Origin: Somniosus microcephalus
Lineage: Eukaryota
Direction of reading: 5' to 3'
Assembly: GCA_052327205.1 (NCBI GenBank)
Contig: CM126205.1
Location: 280,984,001 to 281,048,000, forward strand
DNA length: 64,000 nt
Shown piece after piece: positions 58,939 through 64,000 of this stretch. How positions within the stretch are numbered: position 1 is the stretch's first letter; the number at the start of each line of letters is the position of its first letter. Under the pieces are notes generated by a model. It made no database searches. It was given only the letters and a program-made list of their open reading frames with translations, and was not told the DNA's origin. A program made the translations under genes and the position numbers.

Positions 58939-59022
58939 GCAATACGGCTAGCTGTGAAGAGCGGAGCAGGAGGAACCCAGTGTAAGCCTTAACCTCGTAG
59001 AGCACACCTACCTCACATCAAC

Positions 59023-62000
59023 ATGTCAGAAGATAATAACGAAAATGCTTTGCAGCGAGGAGAAGACCCTAAATGGGCAGACGAAACTGTAGAAGGTGAC
59101 AATCGGTCTATAAGCTCCGGTTACGTCAGATCGCAAGCTGGTTCACGGTCATCAGGTGGTTCTAGAGTAAGCGTGACCATCGCCAGAGCACGGGCTAAGC
59201 TAGTGGCAGCTCAAGCCAGAGCTGCGCATGCGAACAGTGAAATAGAGATAAAAGTAAGACAGGCCCGTCTCCAAGCTGAATTCCAAGCCGAACAGGCCCG
59301 ACTCCAAGCTGAATCACAAGCCGAACAGGCCCGACTCCAAGCCGAACAGCCCCGACTCCAAGCTGAATTCGAAGCCGAACAGGTCAGTCACCAAGTTGAA
59401 CGCCAGGCTGAACAGGCCCGTCACCAAGTTGAACGCCAGGCTGAACAGGCCCATCTCCAAGCCACATTAGACGCGCTGCAGCAACAAAAAGAGATAGATA
59501 CTGCATTAGCCGAGACACAAGTATTTGAGGCAATTTTGGAGGGAGCTGATCCCGAGACAGCTTACAAACCTTTAATTCCCATTTCGTGGCAGAGTCCACG
59601 ACAGCGTACCATAGATTACGTGAGCGACCATGCCGACATACAGTTTACAGGAGAAAGGGATGGAGGCCCACACATCTCTACAGACGCAAGCACTTCGTAT
59701 AACATGCCCCAAGTTGCCAACCAAGGTCAAAGTAGACAGCGTGCCTCAAGCCGCAGAGTCTCCCCTAGCAGAACGGAAGACACGGTGCAGAGGAATAGGA
59801 CGCTGAATAGAGAAAGTCAGAGGCAAATCCCCTCTCGGTTCCTTGAGACCCCCAACAGAGCCCCTAGCCAAGGCAACCCTGGCACAGGTCCCAGCACCTA
59901 CGACCTTGCCAAATACCTTGCACGCACCCAGCTGGTGACTTCGGGGTTAATTAAGTTTGATGACAGGCCGGAGAATTATCGGGCTTGGAAGTTCTGCTTC
60001 CACAATGCCATATCGAGCTTAGACCTGTCGGCAGGAGAAGAGCTCGGCCTCCTTATCAAATGGCTAGGCCTGCAGGATAAAAGCGGCCAATGTGGGACAG
60101 CTGCCAGAGGGGTTGAAGAAGGCTTGGGTGAGGCTGGAAGAAAGCTACGGCTCGCCCGAAGCCATTGAAAGGGCTCTCTTTGACAGGTTGGAGAACTTTC
60201 CGAGGTTGACGAGTAAGGAACCCCAGAAGCTCCGCGACCTTGGAGATCTGCTGTCGGAACTCGAAGCCGCAAAGCAGGACAGCTACCTACCCGGTCTATT
60301 GTACTTAGACACTTCCAGAGGAGTAAGTCCCATCATTGAGAAGCTTCCATTTAACCTGCAGGAGAAGTGGATAACGTTTGGATCAAAGTTCAAGCTAAAG
60401 CACAACGTGGCGTTCCCACCATTCTCTGCGTTCGTTAAATTCATCCGTAAAGAAGCCAAAGCCAGGAACGACCCCAGCTTCAACTTCTTCTCCTCCCACC
60501 CAGCACTTGCCAGAAGAGACAAGTTCGACAGACATGGAAGGACACCAATATCTGTCCACAAAATGCAAGTGTCCTCAACTGAGCACACAAAGATTCAGAA
60601 GAAAACTGAGGATATGAGCAAACAATGCCCTATCCACAACAAGCCTCATCCTTTAAAGAAGTGCAGAGGCTTCAGGGAGATGTCCCTGGAAGATCGGAAA
60701 CAATACCTCAAAGAGAACTCTATATGTTTCAAGTGCTGCTCTTCCACGAGCCATCTCGCCAAGAACTGCAAGGTAGATGCAAAATGCACTGAATGTGAAA
60801 GTGATCGGCACATTTCAGCACTCCACCCAGGCCCAGCTCCTTGGAAGTCAGAGTCGCCTCCTCCCGCCTCAGAGCACGGCGGGGAGAGTGAGGGAGCTGC
60901 TGGTCCGGAGATTACATCCAAGTGCACCGAGGTGTGTGGAGAAGGAGTGAGCGCAAGAGCATGCTCCAAGATACGCTTCGTTAATGTGTACCCTGCAGGA
61001 TGTCGCCAGGAATCTGAAAAGATGTATGCCATACTAGATGAATAAAGCAATCGTTCTCTAGCAAGATCCGAGTTCTTCAACATCTTCAAGGTCAAAGGAA
61101 GTCCGTCGCCTTACACGCTGAAGACGTGTGCTGGACTTTCAGAGACAGCCGGCAGGAGGGCCTGCGGTTACGTTGTTGAGTCAGCTGACGGGAAGATTAG
61201 TCTCCCCCTTCCTACACTCATCAAATGTAATCAAGTCCCTGACAACCGTTCTGAGATTCCCACTCCGAATGCAGCTCGTCATCACCGTCATCTGAGATGC
61301 ATTGCAGACGAGATCCCACCTCTTGATCCAGATGCAAGCATACTTCTGTTGTTGGGAAGAGACATCCTGAGGGTACATAAGATAAGGGAAGAGATCAACG
61401 GTCCACATGACGCCCCTTTCGCCCAAAGGCTAGACCTCGGCTGGGTCGTTGTTGGAGATGTGTGCCTCAAGGGCGCTCACAAGTCATCTCAGGTGAGCAC
61501 ACTCAGGACTTCCATCTTGGAGAATGGTCGTCCAAGCTACCTTACCCCATGCAGTAATCAGATCCAAGTGACAGAGAAGTTCAGTCATACGGCTCAGCCT
61601 CAGAAAACCCCAGCGCTGATCTCCGCAGACAGCACACAGATGATGCTCACTGGAGAGAACCCGGGTCAGTCAGTCTTCTGTCGCACTGCCAACGACCACA
61701 AACTTGCTCCATCGATCGACGACATGAGGTTCCTCCAGATTATGGACAATGAGGTCTCTCGTGACAGCTCTAACAGCTGGGTTGCACCCTTACCCTTCCG
61801 GAACCCCAGACAACGGCTGCCGAACAACAGGGGGTATGCCTATAATCGTCTTAACTCACTCCGTCGCACACTGGAGAAGAAGCCAGAGATGAAAGCGCAC
61901 TTCCTAGAATTTGTCAAGAAAATGCTTGTCAACGATCATGCAGAGATCGCTCCGCCACTCCAGGAAGGCCAAGAGTGTTGGTACCTCCCTTCCTTCGGAG

Positions 62001-63189
62001 TCTATCACCCCAAAAAGCCGGAACAGATCCGCGTGGTGTTTGACTCCAGTGCACCATATCAGGGAGTCTCTCTCAATGATGTACTCCTCACAGGGCCCGA
62101 TCTTAACAACAGCCTCTTGGGAGTGCTCATGAGATTCAGGAAAGAGCCCGTCGCCATCACTGCCGATATCCAGCACATGTTTCATTGCTTCGTGGTGAGA
62201 GAAGACCACAGAGACTTCCTTCGCTTCCTGTGGAATCGGGACAATGACCCCAATAGAGACATTGTGGACTACAGAATGCGTGTCCATGTCTTTGGGAATA
62301 GCCCATCCCCTGCTGTCGCCATATACGGACTAAGGAGGGCTGCCAAGGAAGACGACGACTTTGGCAGTGATGTGAGAGGGTTCATCGAACGAGAGTTCTA
62401 TGTCGACGACGCACTGAAGTCATTCCCGACCGAAGCAGAGGCCATCGGTACCCTCGGACGAGCCCAGGAACTACTTGCACTATCCAACCTCAGGCTGCAT
62501 AAGATAGCCTCTAACAGACCAGCAGTGATGGAGGCATTCCCCCCTGAAGATCGTGCTAAGGACGTCAAGGACCTAGACCTCTTCACTGATGACCTCCCCC
62601 TACAGCGTAGCCTAGGGGTGTCGTGGAACATAGCAACAGACACGTTCACGTTCCAAGTCTTAGACGTCAAGAAACCCTTCACACGTAGAGGAGTGCTCTC
62701 TACAGTCAACAGCCTATACGACCCTCTCGGCTTCTTAGCCCCTGTCACAATACAAGGCAGGCTGCTCCTCAGGGAACTCTCCACACGCGCTGAAGAGTGG
62801 GATTCACCTCTCCCTGAAGAGATGGAAGCAGAGTGGGACAGATGGAGAGACTCACTCCAAGACTTACAGGAGATCCGAATACCTCACTGCTATTCATCTT
62901 TCTCTCCCTTAAATACCCAATTCAAAGAGCTTTGTGTCTTTGCAGACGCATCCGCTAAGGCCATTGCAAGTGTGGCTTATCTGAAGGTCACCACTCAAGA
63001 TGGACAAAGCAAAATTGGCTTCGTCTTTGATAGAGGCAAGTTGGCGCCCCAGCCAGACCTCACCATACCCAAATTGGAACTGCGCGTAGCAGAACGCAGG
63101 CTACGGAAGCTGCATCCTATCGTCGACACCAACGGACTGTCTCTGAGATGGTTCTTCTTTTGTCGCCAGAGGACTCTAGTGACAAGTAG
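59023..63189 (+). pseudogene. BEL gag-pol, disrupted
   Basis: KFDDRPENY; triple Cys-His array (CPIH..H....C, CFKC....H....C, CTEC...H...LH); protease YAILDE*S; WYLPSFGVYHPKKP..IRVVFDSSA; FYVDD; VFADAS; TIPKLEL; frameshift near 60070; TAA at 61043; integrase reduced to fragments. Confidence 0.9.
59260..59461 (+). repeat. Approx. 33-bp coding repeat (EQARLQAE...) in BEL gag
   Basis: About six imperfect units gccgaacaggcccgactccaagctgaa... Confidence 0.85.
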
Positions 63190-64000
63190 AGTTCGGACTA
63201 TGTGGAGTCGTTAACGACCCCAGACGGGGAGTGTTCTGGACATTTTACATGCAGATAGCACCCTCTGGTGGTAGCTATTGTATAGCAGTGATGTTCTGGA
63301 CTGATGAACCATTTTATATGCAGATAGCACCCTCTGGTGGTGGTTATCGTGTTAACAGTTTGTATGAAGCAGAAGTCATTTGACCTTTCTACCTTTCTTC
63401 TTGTGAGAGGTCATTTGACCTCTCTACCTTTCTTCCTGTGTGACTCAGGAAGCAGAATCCCAGGAAGTAGAATTCCAGGAAGAACCTGACTTGAGTAATG
63501 GAGAATCTGCCATGAGGGGTTCCATTCACAATCCAATGTAATCTGATTTCATATGTTAGGCCAAGCGCAATATCTGTGAGTATCTTTGTTTGTTAGCATA
63601 ATAGCAACATTGTCAGAGTAGTATTTTGATAACACTATGTTTATAAAAGGTTAATATTTGATAGTTACAGAAGTTAGTCCAAATGTTAGTTAGTTATACA
63701 ATTAATCTATTCTACTGTTGTAAATATGTTTATATCTTATGTAATATCGAATGTATAGTACTCAGTTTATGTACAAAACATACTTTGTCTTTGTTTACAG
63801 TTTCACAAATTTGTTCAAGTAAAGCTTCAAAACAGCAAACGGCTTCACGAGGAATTACTTTGAATAAGTGTTTAACTTGCTGGATAACTAGATAGGAGCA
63901 CATCTAGCGCGGCCAGTACAGCCTCAGCTATTTTCAATCTATATTAGCGACTTAGATGAAGGGACTGAATGTAACATATCCAAGTTTGCTGATGATACAA

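Larger units (their letters stand above)
58199..63920 (+). mobile_element. BEL/Pao LTR retrotransposon, integrase core deleted
   Basis: 689-bp LTRs 58199-58887 and 63232-63920 (about 9 differences); TSD GCCTC (58194-58198, 63921-63925); PPT CAGACGGGGAG 63221-63231. Confidence 0.95.
57672..64000 (+). mobile_element. CR1 RT segment (57672-58198, resuming 63921-64000), host of the BEL element
   Basis: ALVLIFQNSLD...SGVPQGSVLGP|QLFSIYISDLDEGTECNISKFADDT continuous across the insertion. Confidence 0.88.

Overview
Eukaryotic, repeat-saturated genomic DNA. The repeat repertoire (SacSINE1-like DeuSINEs, abundant CR1 LINEs, Penelope, Harbinger) points to a cartilaginous fish (inference). Two coding exons of the ciliary gene cfap221/PCDP1 lie on the minus strand (48818-48921, 32010-32169), so much or all of the window is probably intronic. 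The rest is a nested stack of transposons: three two-gene Harbinger elements plus several Harbinger-type MITEs; a full-length Penelope element with an inverted pseudo-LTR and minimal hammerhead ribozymes; two young copies of one Gypsy family (one with an intact 1325-aa gag-pol); a decayed Mag-type Gypsy; a BEL/Pao LTR element; and many CR1, L2, Rex1 and SINE copies. The most striking signal is that neither LTR family with a visible 5' end has a tRNA primer-binding site. In the BEL element, the sequence abutting the 5' LTR (GTGAAAAGATA[T], x4) is the exact complement of an exon-exon junction formed only if a GT-AG intron inside its own LTR is spliced. This suggests splicing-dependent self-priming. 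In the Gypsy element, the PBS position holds a 15-nt perfect complement of the LTR's own poly(A)-signal region. All family and gene assignments are from recognition of motifs by eye, not database searches.
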